Shown one piece after another: positions 32,180 to 41,740 of a stretch of 57,649 nucleotides of DNA. Numbering within the stretch: position 1 is the first letter of the stretch; every line of letters starts with the position of its first letter. The translations under genes were made by a program, and so were the position numbers. The notes beneath the pieces were generated by a model. That model had not been told where the DNA came from and did not search any database. It was given only the letters and a program-made list of their open reading frames with translations. This DNA is from Nostocales cyanobacterium (GTDB taxonomy: Bacteria; Cyanobacteriota; Cyanobacteriia; Cyanobacteriales; Nostocaceae). Location of the stretch: assembly GCA_004292695.1 (NCBI GenBank), contig RDXV01000010.1:1-57649 (forward strand). The letters are read 5' to 3'.

Positions 32180-32528
32180 AGGTTACATTTTTGCTTTCTG
32201 TTTTTGATGCTACATTCCTATCATGATAGCTCAATGGTCAATTGAAATTCAATGCTGTATCATATAATAATATCTGAATTTTTCACATTTATCTTTACTT
32301 TATTGGTTATGCGGGAAGAACGCACTTTAAGGTTTAATTTAGAAAAGTTAATAAATTTGCGAGTGTTGATGTCTTGGAGATGATAAATAACGATAAAATA
32401 ATGAATATAATGGCGTAAAAAGTAGAAAAGAGATTTCCTAACTATGGAACATCTCTATATCTCTACAGCTAATAGCTAGTTATATTTAGTTTTACGAACT
32501 GATTATTTTCCTGATGAAACAGGTAATC

Positions 32529-33161
32529 TTAATCACTGTAGGGCAGGGAAGAATGGTGTGCAACAATACGAAGTTTGCCATCCTTATCTTTAACAAATTT
32601 CCAGGTTTTATCTACTGTAGTTACTTTACCATTTTTGTCAGTCATTGAGACATTACCCATTGTTGTAGCCACGCTACCAACGATGAAGATTCCAGCGTTG
32701 CGAACTTCCACCTTTCGCCATCCTTTGAGAGCAAAACCGGTATCATCAGGAAAAGAAGAATTGCCACCCACGAAATAGGACAATGCACCTTCCTTTGTTG
32801 TGCGGAAAGTGTTTGGTGCTTCTGCTAGAGTTGGTTTGAACAGCACTAATCCGTACTGATAACCATAGGCTTGATCTATAATCTGGCTGGCTAATGCCTT
32901 AGCTGCGGCTTTTCCCTGCTGATCGTGGGTGGTGGAAATAGCTACTAATGCGTCACCCCAGGCTTTTTGGGCTGCTAAGACTTCAGCCTCAGTGATAGTC
33001 ATGTTGACTACTGAAGTTTTGGGAGTTGATGAGGTTGAACTAATGATGATGTTATTAACTTCAGCATTGGCTATTGACGGAGCAGACGCTAATAAAGCTA
33101 TGGCGGTAGCAGTGACAGGAAGATTAATTTTCATATTTATAGAAGAAGTCATCATTAACAA
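32529..33161 (-). CDS. secreted hypothetical protein (signal peptide)
   Basis: The N-terminus ends in an ATAIALLASAPSIANA signal-peptide-like cleavage region. Confidence 0.5.
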   Translation of the reverse strand: MLMMTSSINMKINLPVTATAIALLASAPSIANAEVNNIIISSTSSTPKTSVVNMTITEAEVLAAQKAWGDALVAISTTHDQQGKAAAKALASQIIDQAYGYQYGLVLFKPTLAEAPNTFRTTKEGALSYFVGGNSSFPDDTGFALKGWRKVEVRNAGIFIVGSVATTMGNVSMTDKNGKVTTVDKTWKFVKDKDGKLRIVAHHSSLPYSD

Positions 33162-33538
33162 AACTTAATGAACACAGCAAACCAGATTAAATATCTGGTG
33201 AAAGTTATCGCAGAGATAATTTATAACTTTATCTCTACTATATCTATAGATGCCTATAGATGTTTATTGTTTCAATAAAATCTATTGAAATGTTAATACT
33301 TCTTACAAAGTGCAATAACATTTACTTATTGTTTGTTAGATAAAACTGATGGTTAGTTGTCACATCTTATAGAGAAGGTATTCCTTGTTAGGATTTATAC
33401 GCGCGTTAGAAAAGATAACGGTTCACGTAGCATTTCCCAGAAAGGGTATCACCCCTGGTGCTGCGCTCCGCGCGATCGCTCTCAATTCCATAATCTTCTT
33501 CACTCAGATCAAATAATTACAGCTAATTAAGGTTTGCA

Positions 33539-33958
33539 TTATTTTCTGGTTGGACACACTTCAAAAGCTAAATCTGCACGGTAAAAACACACATCAAACT
33601 CTAAAAAGAAGTTCATACGCCCTAATAATAAAGGTACATCATCAGATAAACACCAAGCAAAAACTAAGCGAACAGGCTCAAATGATCCAATATGAGCAGA
33701 TACCAGTAAACCTCTTGCCTCTACAGGTGCTAAATTACCAGCTAACATTACAGAAGTAGTTTGTTCTTCCCAAATTGCACCTAGCTCAATACCTACACTG
33801 TATGGCAGAACGTTAACACTTGCACCAGTATCCAATAAACCGGAAACATCCACTGATAAGTTACGATAAGTAAGTGTTAATGGTAACTTTGGTAAGGCAT
33901 CAGGTATACCAAAGGTATCATATCCTTCTGTAAAGGAAAATCTTTGAGGTTTATTCAT
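33539..33958 (-). CDS. retropepsin-like aspartic protease family protein
   Basis: LDTGASVNVLP active-site motif (D-T/S-G-A). Confidence 0.6.
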   Translation of the reverse strand: MNKPQRFSFTEGYDTFGIPDALPKLPLTLTYRNLSVDVSGLLDTGASVNVLPYSVGIELGAIWEEQTTSVMLAGNLAPVEARGLLVSAHIGSFEPVRLVFAWCLSDDVPLLLGRMNFFLEFDVCFYRADLAFEVCPTRK

Positions 33959-34175
33959 GTTCCTTTTGTTTATCAGCTTCTAGTAGTTGGGCAAGTTGAT
34001 GTGCTGCTGCATGAGAATTTAGCGGAGACACAATAGAATAAGTTGCTCCCTGTTCTAATGATGGTTCTTCATCTTTAGCTAATTCTGATACTAGAAACTG
34101 CATAACTTTTAGCTTATCTGCACGAGTTAAATTTCGCAGGGTGGGAAATAGTTCTATAGCGTTCATAATTGTCAT
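33951..34175 (-). CDS. hypothetical protein co-transcribed with the retropepsin-like gene
   Basis: 74 aa; stop overlaps the downstream start (ATGA). Confidence 0.4.
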   Translation of the reverse strand: MTIMNAIELFPTLRNLTRADKLKVMQFLVSELAKDEEPSLEQGATYSIVSPLNSHAAAHQLAQLLEADKQKEHE

Positions 34176-34386
34176 AGTAGAGAGAATTTCATATTTCTAT
34201 TTTTCCACAATTTTCATGATTTTGCGTTAGTGAAGCTTAATGTGCGATCTCATTTGTTATAAGTTAGTGGATTGTTTTGAGTTTTCTTGATTTTATCATT
34301 GGATATTTAGGATGAGGCGATCGCTCTTTGGGGTTTGGGGTTTAGGAGGTGCGATCGCATCCCCAAATTCCCCAAATGTAATCGAA

Positions 34387-34698
34387 CTATAGCGGCATGA
34401 ATAAGCGAGGAAAAGAACCTGATGGACAAAAAGCAACTAGGGTATCACCTTGTCCTATACCACCTGGAATTGATTTAGCTTGTGCATAAATAGTTGACCC
34501 ATCAATTTTTTGAACTATATGCAAGCCATTCTGAGCGTTGTAGCCTTGATACTTAACTACAAACCATTCTCTACGTTTATCAAACTCATCATTAATCCAT
34601 TGTTTTAACCGATGATTAGTTCTATTTATTTCAGCTTGCTGTTCAAGACGTTTTTCAGCATCATAGGAATTATAATCGTCATAGTTCATAACTATCAC
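34387..34698 (-). CDS. hypothetical protein
   Basis: 103-aa ORF. Confidence 0.4.
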   Translation of the reverse strand: MIVMNYDDYNSYDAEKRLEQQAEINRTNHRLKQWINDEFDKRREWFVVKYQGYNAQNGLHIVQKIDGSTIYAQAKSIPGGIGQGDTLVAFCPSGSFPRLFMPL

Positions 34699-34730
34699 CT
34701 ATTTTTTGCTAATAGTACAAATATATTGTA

Positions 34731-35495
34731 TTATTCTAGTTTTAGTAAGTCAAGTATTTGCAAAAACTTTCCGCCAAAATTATTACATTCCAATTTCCCC
34801 GGAAAACTTATTGGAACTGGAAAACTACTGGAAACTTTAGTAGTTGAACCAAGTTCTAATGAAATGAGTCCAACAGTGATGAAACCTTGAAGTAAATGCC
34901 AGTTTTGCTTTACTTGATGTTTTGAGTCAAGCATATCTGGATGAGACGAGAGATAAAAACCAGGTTGAGGGTGATATTTTTCTGAATAGTAAAATTCTCT
35001 GAGAATGATTAAGTTATTCAAATCAATATTTTGCAATATATAGGAATATTGGCTAAATTGCTGATAATTTATTTCATCTTTTATGTAGGCAATAAAAATT
35101 TTGCACAAAGCTTCTGCTTTAGAAACCTGGTCGAACATACTCAAGGCGTTAATGAGTTCCTCACCTAATTTTTGTTGAAATTCTGGATTCGTAGATTTAT
35201 CTTCTATATTTTTTTTAAATGTGTCATCAGCATCTTTACATCCTGATATGAATAAGAGTAGTTTTTTCATAAATAAGTAATCACGTACTGCAAAACCAGT
35301 TTTGATAAGTGAATAAAATGATTTAATGACTGGAATTTTACTAAAAGTTTCGTTTTGAATGTTTTCTAACAACTTATCATTCAATACTTCAGCTAAATTT
35401 AAAGCAGTATCTTTCATTCCTGCCTCAGATATAGTTTTTATTAGGGATGTTCCCAAAGATAAATCTTTTTCATTTTTTTTATTTTGGTTATTCAT
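34731..35495 (-). CDS. hypothetical protein, AT-rich gene
   Basis: 254 aa, K/N/I-rich; A+T content well above the neighbouring genes. Confidence 0.4.
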   Translation of the reverse strand: MNNQNKKNEKDLSLGTSLIKTISEAGMKDTALNLAEVLNDKLLENIQNETFSKIPVIKSFYSLIKTGFAVRDYLFMKKLLLFISGCKDADDTFKKNIEDKSTNPEFQQKLGEELINALSMFDQVSKAEALCKIFIAYIKDEINYQQFSQYSYILQNIDLNNLIILREFYYSEKYHPQPGFYLSSHPDMLDSKHQVKQNWHLLQGFITVGLISLELGSTTKVSSSFPVPISFPGKLECNNFGGKFLQILDLLKLE

Positions 35496-35663
35496 GTTCG
35501 TGTCAGCAATATTTTAATGATTATTTAGTGACTAAATTATAACATCTCAAAAATTATCCCTTAACAAAAATAAAATTACTTTATAAACTAAAGCTGCTAG
35601 TTATCTACTCCTAGCTGGTAATGGGTAATTACTGATAGATAGTAATGAAATTCCGGTTTTCAT

Positions 35664-35710
35664 CCTGTAAATCCTTAAATCCTGGACATCCTGATTCAGA
35701 CAGTTTCCCT
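35664..35710 (+). repeat. copy of the ~55-bp CCTGTAAATCCT(T/A)AAATCCTGGACATCCTGATTCAGACA module
   Basis: Sequence identity with the copies at 25368, 55611 and 56242. Confidence 0.6.
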
Positions 35711-35801
35711 AAATAGCAACTTACTGTATATATAAATATCTGTCTCCCAAAACCTATTTATCAGGTTGGGTTTCACCTAAATCCACCCAACCCACAGATA
35801 A

Positions 35802-36785
35802 TTAATTATCTCCTTGACTTGATGCTAACAACTGCTCAAAATCCTCCAACGAAGCAATAGTAATTGCCTGTTTAAAGATACTTTTTAGCAATTGCAAATC
35901 CTCCAGAGAATTAATCTGATTCTTCAACTCATCTGATACATTGCCAAATCTTGTTTCTAGAATTTCAATCACATTTTCACGGGAATTTTTGATCATCCCA
36001 TCAATTTCAAAGCTAGTTAAAAATGGCATACGTTTTCCCTCCTCATAACGGTTTAATTCAGTCTTGAAATCAGATTGCAGTATTGGGGGTAATGTCATCA
36101 TCCATTCAATAAACCGGAATAATTGACGAATCATTTCTCCGGTATAACCCAAGTCATAAAGTCGTTTCACTAGACTTAATTTTAACTGAAATCTTTGTTG
36201 TGAATTACCTTGAGTGGCTTGGGTTTGCAAATGTGCCATAATGATGATAGCAAAAGGATTATTACTTTGTGCTAGGGTATCATGGCTATAATCTAATAGT
36301 TTAACACTGGGAAATTGTAAATTAGTTGTAAACCCCCACTGACTATAACCATAAGATGCTGGTTTCCAATTGGGGTTATCATCTCCTAAAACCGCGAAAC
36401 TAAAAACTTTAAGACGATAGCGATCAAATAAACGATGATTATAAATATACATCCTTTCTGCAAAATCGTCTTGTTCTTGTCCTTGTATTTCTATGTGAAT
36501 CAGAACTAACGCTTTTTCTCCATTTCGCAGGGTGACTTTTACCAGTTTATCCGCTAAACGTCTTCCTGTTTCTGCATCTCTAATTAGTTCTTGTAATTCG
36601 GTGTCTAGGGTTTCATATCCTTTTTCCCAGTCAATATCTTGATAAACTTCAGGAAAACAGTATTCTATGAATTGTTCAAGATAAACTGTAATCGCTTCTT
36701 TCCATGCGCTGTCATAATCTGAGTTTGGTTGGTAGTTCATCCCTGGAAATATATGTTTTGATGTCTTGTAATTATAACATATCAA
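35802..36785 (-). CDS. Rpn/YhgA-like PD-(D/E)XK nuclease family transposase
   Basis: AWKEAI...LVLIHIEIQGQ...YIYNHRLF core plus a C-terminal DUF4351-like tail; related to ORF 52169..52969. Confidence 0.6.
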   Translation of the reverse strand: MICYNYKTSKHIFPGMNYQPNSDYDSAWKEAITVYLEQFIEYCFPEVYQDIDWEKGYETLDTELQELIRDAETGRRLADKLVKVTLRNGEKALVLIHIEIQGQEQDDFAERMYIYNHRLFDRYRLKVFSFAVLGDDNPNWKPASYGYSQWGFTTNLQFPSVKLLDYSHDTLAQSNNPFAIIIMAHLQTQATQGNSQQRFQLKLSLVKRLYDLGYTGEMIRQLFRFIEWMMTLPPILQSDFKTELNRYEEGKRMPFLTSFEIDGMIKNSRENVIEILETRFGNVSDELKNQINSLEDLQLLKSIFKQAITIASLEDFEQLLASSQGDN

Positions 36786-36788
36786 ATA

Positions 36789-38090
36789 CTAAAAACTACC
36801 TTTATAAACCATTTCCATTTTTAACTTTTCTAACTCCATCTTCAACCTTTCATTCTCCAATTTTAAAACCAAATTCTCATCTTTAATCACCTCAACCTCA
36901 TTCCGTTTACTCAAAGCCTGATTTATTGCCAACTTCCGCATATCCAAAGAAAACCAACGTTGATAAGTTTTCGTGTGAATCTGTACACTATGACCTAAAT
37001 TATCTGCTGCTGCTTTAATCGGAATCCCTAAAATGTGCGCTCTAATTGCCCAACCATGACGCAAATCATAGGGTTTAAAATCTAAGCCAATTTTTCTAAA
37101 CCACCAGCTAACTCTTTGAATTAAAGCTGTAATTTCTGCATGATTATTTTTATCTTTTTTATTAATTGCTTCTACCAACATTTCTAAATACTGGGGATTT
37201 CTTAAATCAAATTCCTCAATCCATTCTTTATATAAAGGTAATGCTTCCCTTTCTCCCGTTTTACAATCTTTATCAACCTTCCATGTTAAATCTAAATTTT
37301 CCTTACTTAACCACCAATTAACATCAGGATTGATAAATAATTCACGGGGACGTAAACCGAAAACTGCTAACATTCCATACACCCAACGCCACAGTAACCA
37401 GCTATCTTTTACCTCATAATTAACTTGTTTACCTCGATTATTTTCGTATTCCTCAAATTTATAAAAACCTGCTACTATTTCTTTATCTGTAGGAACATTT
37501 CTAGAGTTAGTTTCCGGTGTTTTAGCATAGTTAGTTAAGTTAATTTCAATCTTGAAAAGTTGACAAAATACAGAAATAGCTCTTACAGCATTATATCTTG
37601 CCCATTCTTTATCTATTTTCTCGATTGCATGAATAAAATTGTCCCCAATTGCTAAATCATCAGCTTTGGTATAACGTTTAATTCTGGTATAATAATAAAA
37701 GAAAGTATGCTCACTTTTTGTTGTGCGTTTATGGGTTTTAAAATATTCAATTTCAAACTTTTCTAATAATTTCCCAATAGTTGCTACATCGTTTTTTATC
37801 TCTTCCTTCCCTAAATATTTCTCATTCCAAACAAAGGTTTTCCTAGCAATTAATTTTCCTAATTCATAAGCTTCTTCCTCTGCGGTTTTTAAACCCTCCA
37901 AATTAGCAGGAATGTTTAAACTGATGTTGTATTGTTTTTTACCTAATTTTTTTATATCTGCATCACCCGGTTTAATAGGTAAAGTTGCCCTTAATTGCAG
38001 ACATCCATTTGATTCTCGAATTGTTACCCTCGTCTTTGCAGACTTCAAACGCAGATTTACCTGTTGTATTTGTGTTAAGTTAGTTTTCAT
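36789..38090 (-). CDS. xisA: XisA-family site-specific tyrosine recombinase (nifD element)
   Basis: 433 aa; shares LQLRATLPIKPGD...YNISLNIPAN...TAEEEAYELGKLIARK and a C-terminal RHGWAIRAHILGIPIKAAADNLGHSVQIHTKTYQRWF with the other two XisA-like ORFs. Confidence 0.85.
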   Translation of the reverse strand: MKTNLTQIQQVNLRLKSAKTRVTIRESNGCLQLRATLPIKPGDADIKKLGKKQYNISLNIPANLEGLKTAEEEAYELGKLIARKTFVWNEKYLGKEEIKNDVATIGKLLEKFEIEYFKTHKRTTKSEHTFFYYYTRIKRYTKADDLAIGDNFIHAIEKIDKEWARYNAVRAISVFCQLFKIEINLTNYAKTPETNSRNVPTDKEIVAGFYKFEEYENNRGKQVNYEVKDSWLLWRWVYGMLAVFGLRPRELFINPDVNWWLSKENLDLTWKVDKDCKTGEREALPLYKEWIEEFDLRNPQYLEMLVEAINKKDKNNHAEITALIQRVSWWFRKIGLDFKPYDLRHGWAIRAHILGIPIKAAADNLGHSVQIHTKTYQRWFSLDMRKLAINQALSKRNEVEVIKDENLVLKLENERLKMELEKLKMEMVYKGSF

Positions 38091-38254
38091 CTTGGGTTAT
38101 GCGATCGCCTAGCGTACTGAAAGCATTCTGATCAAAATAAACAATAAAAATTAATTCAAAACCCCAATTCATAGATTTTGAATCTTAGCTTTTTAATTGT
38201 TGATCTAGACTATACTTAAACCCAAAATAAATATGTTAAATATAAACAGTATTT

Positions 38255-38905
38255 TTATTCCCAATAATTTTCCCAGTCATTGTTAAAAGATTCCTTCAAT
38301 CTTTGCAAATAAGCATAAGTTTTAATTTTCACCATCCAAAGATTATCATAATTATCCCCTCCTTTACAAATAACACCTTCATTCACACCATATTTCCCCT
38401 GACGCACATCATGAATAAATTGCCCTGTCAACTTACCACAATAAACAACCCGTGCAATATTAAAATCCCGAAAATCATTAATAAAATGTTCAGTTGTAAC
38501 AATACCTTGCTCAGTTTGTACATCAAATAATACAAGTTTTTTAGGATCATCATGTTTGTGCATCCCCGCAAAAGAATTAACTCCAAAAAACTCAGTAAAA
38601 ACAGTAATTTCAGGACATTGATAATTTGGATGTTGTAAAAATAAACTTGCTAAATTTTTAGCAAAATCTCTGATAAAAATACCAGGTGCATCTTCTAAAC
38701 CTGGATGTGCTGCATTAAATTCCGCAATACCCAGATCATCTAAATTAAACCTATCACGGCGTGTACCAAAAGCATACCAACCTAGCTCAAATTCCCAAAC
38801 CCAATGTAGATTAGTACCATCATATTTTTCAAAAGCAATACATTTTTGCCAAGGACAATCTTTACTATCAGGAATTTTCGGATAAGCAAGTTTAACTTTT
38901 ACCAT
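38255..38905 (-). CDS. ATP-dependent RNA/DNA ligase-like nucleotidyltransferase
   Basis: Covalent nucleotidyltransferase motifs: KYDGTN (motif I), FTEFFG (III), LFDV (IV), EGVICKG (V). Confidence 0.55.
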   Translation of the reverse strand: MVKVKLAYPKIPDSKDCPWQKCIAFEKYDGTNLHWVWEFELGWYAFGTRRDRFNLDDLGIAEFNAAHPGLEDAPGIFIRDFAKNLASLFLQHPNYQCPEITVFTEFFGVNSFAGMHKHDDPKKLVLFDVQTEQGIVTTEHFINDFRDFNIARVVYCGKLTGQFIHDVRQGKYGVNEGVICKGGDNYDNLWMVKIKTYAYLQRLKESFNNDWENYWE

Positions 38906-39029
38906 TTTGGGTTGTTTATTTTATATAAATTATCTCCTCTTATGGTGCGGGCATCTTAGCAGCCAAATGTATGTGTCCATCACCACAATCAATCAACAAT
39001 ATATCCTGTAAATCCTCAAATCACAGTTA

Positions 39030-39060
39030 GATCCCCGACTTCTTAAAGAAGTCGGGGATC
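39030..39060. repeat. perfect 31-bp palindrome GATCCCCGACTTC-TTAAA-GAAGTCGGGGATC
   Basis: Same 13-bp arms as the mini-elements at 9288 and 51203; lies 30 bp inside the right border of the nifD element. Confidence 0.85.
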
Positions 39061-39097
39061 TGGAAAAAACCATTAAACCATCAATAAAAATACTCCG

Positions 39098-39240
39098 GTC
39101 CTTACCACGGTTACGACGGATTTGCAATTTTCGCTCGTGACATGGACTTAGCATTAAACAGCCCAACCTGGGGATTAATCGGCGCTCCCTGGAGCAAAAA
39201 AGCTGCAAAAACCACAGCTAAAGCTAAAGCAGCCGTCTAG
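39098..39240 (+). CDS. nifD: NifD 3' segment (last 47 codons, [21 protein letters not shown]...KAAV*)
   Basis: In frame with 23745..25107 after removal of 25108..39097. Confidence 0.85.
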
Positions 39241-39453
39241 AACTATCTAAAACGGGCAACCTTGCTCAAGGATAGCCTGGGGAAACACCCCAGGGGGGAG
39301 TAGGGAATTCAAATTTCAAAATCTAAGATTCTAAGTTTTGGATTTTGCATTCTGAATTTTGAGCTACATTCCCCACTTCCTACCTAGCAAAACCAAGGGC
39401 GGGGAAACCCGCCCCTTCATGAACAAAAACATCAGCAAGCTTGGAGAACTAGA

Positions 39454-39933
39454 ATGCCTCAGAATCCAGAAAATATTAAAGACCACGTTGAGCTATTCCG
39501 CCAACCAGAATACCAACAACTATTCCAAAACAAGAAAGAATTTGAAAACGCTCACACTACTGAAGAAGTAGAAAGAGTAGCAGAATGGACAAAGTCCTGG
39601 GAATATCGTGAAAAGAACTTCGCTCGTGAAGCTCTCACCGTTAACCCCGCTAAAGGTTGTCAGCCTTTAGGTGCTATGCTTGCGGCTGTTGGTTTTGAAG
39701 GCACTCTTCCCTTCGTGCAAGGTTCTCAAGGTTGCGTTGCTTACTTCCGTACACACTTAACCCGTCACTTCAAAGAACCATTCTCCGGTGTTTCTTCTTC
39801 CATGACAGAAGACGCTGCTGTGTTTGGTGGTCTGCAAAACATGATTGATGGTTTGGCTAACTCCTACACTCTCTACAAGCCAAAAATGATCGCTGTTTGC
39901 ACCACCTGTATGGCGGAAGTTATCGGTGATGAC
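39454..39933 (+). CDS. nifK: nitrogenase MoFe protein beta NifK, 5' segment (codons 1-160), interrupted
   Basis: [15 protein letters not shown]...[12 protein letters not shown], then the divergent tail HLNLLEYL and a stop at 39960. Confidence 0.9.
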
Positions 39934-40163
39934 CACTTGAATTTGCTTGAATATTTGTAGCTCTAATATTTTAATTTTTCAGTGAATTAGTTTGATTAAT
40001 TTTTGCTTCTATTTCAGGTACAATATCCAGTTTTATCAAGCTATAAACTCTAAAATATTTGATTATTTTTTTATTAAATGAGTGAAAGAAACTTATGCTT
40101 GAAAAATAAAAGAGAGATTTTTAAATATATCCCTGAAATTCAGTATTGAATATAGCAAAAACT

Positions 40164-40205
40164 AAATTAATAAATTAATAAATTAATAAATTAATAAATT
40201 AATTT
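40164..40205. repeat. tandem 8-mer (TAAATTAA)x5
   Basis: Immediately 3' of the recombinase stop inside the nifK element. Confidence 0.8.
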
Positions 40206-41587
40206 TTTAACACTTCTGCTATTTGATGCTTCGCTAACAATTCTTTTAGTTTTTCATTTTCTGCCTTCAATTTTACTATTTCCTCTTTTAGTTCATTTAA
40301 TTCATCTTTTTTTTCTACCGCTTGTTTAATAGCTTTTTTTCGGTTTTCTAAACCAAACCATCTTTGATAAGTGTCTGTATGTTGTTGTACAGAATGACCA
40401 AGATTATCTGCTGCTGCTTTAATTGGCACTCCCATTAAATGCGCTCTAATTGCCCAAGCGTGACGTAAATCATAAGGTGAAAAACCTAAATCAACTTTCT
40501 GAAACCAGTCAGATAAAGCAGCACTTAACGTGTGCATACTTTTTGTATCATCACGTCCATTGATATAATTTTTCACCAATTTAACAATTTCAGGATTTTT
40601 CAGATCAAATAAATCTATCCATGAGTCATATAATGGTAATGCTTCTCTATCACCAGTTTTACACAATTCATGAACTTTCCAAGTTCTATTTTCAGACAAC
40701 CAATGATTAAAGTCAGGATATAAAAAAAGCTCTCTAGGACGACAACCATAAGCGGCTAACATTCCATAAAACCATCTAAAAACTAACCAGTAATCTGCTT
40801 GTTCTTGTCTTTTGTTACGTCTATTAATTGCGTATATTTCCCATTTATAAAAACCTGTCTCAATGGTGGATTCATCAGGAACTTTACGAGCTTTAGGTTT
40901 AGGACGTTTAAATTTTAAAATTAAAGGAATATTAAATTCTTTACAGAATAAATTTAGAGCTATACAAGTGCGATGTTTCCAACTAGGAGTATTATTAGAT
41001 AAAGAATCAAATTGTTTTTTAATATTTTCTGGAGTTGCTAACATATCCCGATCAAATTGATTTAACACACCGAGATAATTTTTAAAAAATGTCCCTTCAG
41101 ACTTAATATTTCTTTGCCTAGAGCTAAAATATATATGTTCATAATTATCTAATAATTCACCAAAGGTTTTCTCTGTTTTGTCCTGCTTATTACCTAAATA
41201 CTTCTGATTCCATTGAAACTGCTGTCTAGCAATTAATTTTCCTAATTCATTCGCTTCTTCTTCCGCAGTTTTTAAACCATAAAAATTAGCAGGTATTCCT
41301 AAAGAGATTTTATATTGTTTTTTGCCGTTTCCCTTAGTATCAATATCGTTAGGTTTGAGAGGTAATGTTGCTTGCAGATATAAACTACCAGCTACTTTCA
41401 CTATAGAGACTCGTGACTTAGCTGCTTTTAACCGTGAATTAACTTCTTTGAGTGCAACATCAAATTGAAGGTCAGTATGAGCAGCTTGTTTTTCCAAATG
41501 TTTCATAGTTCCCATGTATGTACCGTCTGTAGTGGCAGTTTTGACGGTAGATGCTTGATAACCCTTGTGTAGCTTGGTTTTTGGCAT
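40199..41587 (-). CDS. xisA: XisA-family site-specific tyrosine recombinase (nifK element)
   Basis: 462 aa with a C-terminal RHAWAIRAHLMGVPIKAAADNLGHSVQQHTDTYQRWF. Confidence 0.85.
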   Translation of the reverse strand: MPKTKLHKGYQASTVKTATTDGTYMGTMKHLEKQAAHTDLQFDVALKEVNSRLKAAKSRVSIVKVAGSLYLQATLPLKPNDIDTKGNGKKQYKISLGIPANFYGLKTAEEEANELGKLIARQQFQWNQKYLGNKQDKTEKTFGELLDNYEHIYFSSRQRNIKSEGTFFKNYLGVLNQFDRDMLATPENIKKQFDSLSNNTPSWKHRTCIALNLFCKEFNIPLILKFKRPKPKARKVPDESTIETGFYKWEIYAINRRNKRQEQADYWLVFRWFYGMLAAYGCRPRELFLYPDFNHWLSENRTWKVHELCKTGDREALPLYDSWIDLFDLKNPEIVKLVKNYINGRDDTKSMHTLSAALSDWFQKVDLGFSPYDLRHAWAIRAHLMGVPIKAAADNLGHSVQQHTDTYQRWFGLENRKKAIKQAVEKKDELNELKEEIVKLKAENEKLKELLAKHQIAEVLKN

Positions 41588-41740
41588 TGCTTATTTTTTA
41601 CTTAAATACCATGAAACTTTGAAAGTAAAAATACTGCTGTTTACCAGAAACCCTTTTTAGGTAGTTCCAATAACAACAGTATTTCTGTAAGTTCACAATA
41701 CCATGAACAACCACGTATAACAGATATTTTCGGTGATGAC

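Larger units (their letters stand above)
25108..39097. mobile_element. nifD-interrupting excision element (~14 kb) at the classical nifD-element site
   Basis: Left junction GGATTACTCCG (identical to the Anabaena 7120 nifD-element repeat); right junction AATACTCCGG; shared core TACTCCG at 25101..25107 and 39091..39097. The 3' nifD codons (GPYHGYDGF...KAAV*) resume at 39098. Confidence 0.85.
39934..41740. mobile_element. minimal nifK-interrupting element (~1.8 kb) carrying only an XisA-like recombinase
   Basis: 11-bp direct repeats TCGGTGATGAC at 39923..39933 and 41730..41740; joining restores ...AEVIGDDLGAFITNAK...; the only ORF inside is the recombinase. Confidence 0.85.

Noticed and set aside
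32575-33168. Plus-strand ORFs 32575..32778 and 32929..33168
   Set aside because: Antisense to the better-supported 210-aa secreted-protein gene.
33550-33759. 69-aa plus-strand ORF
   Set aside because: Antisense to the retropepsin-like gene.
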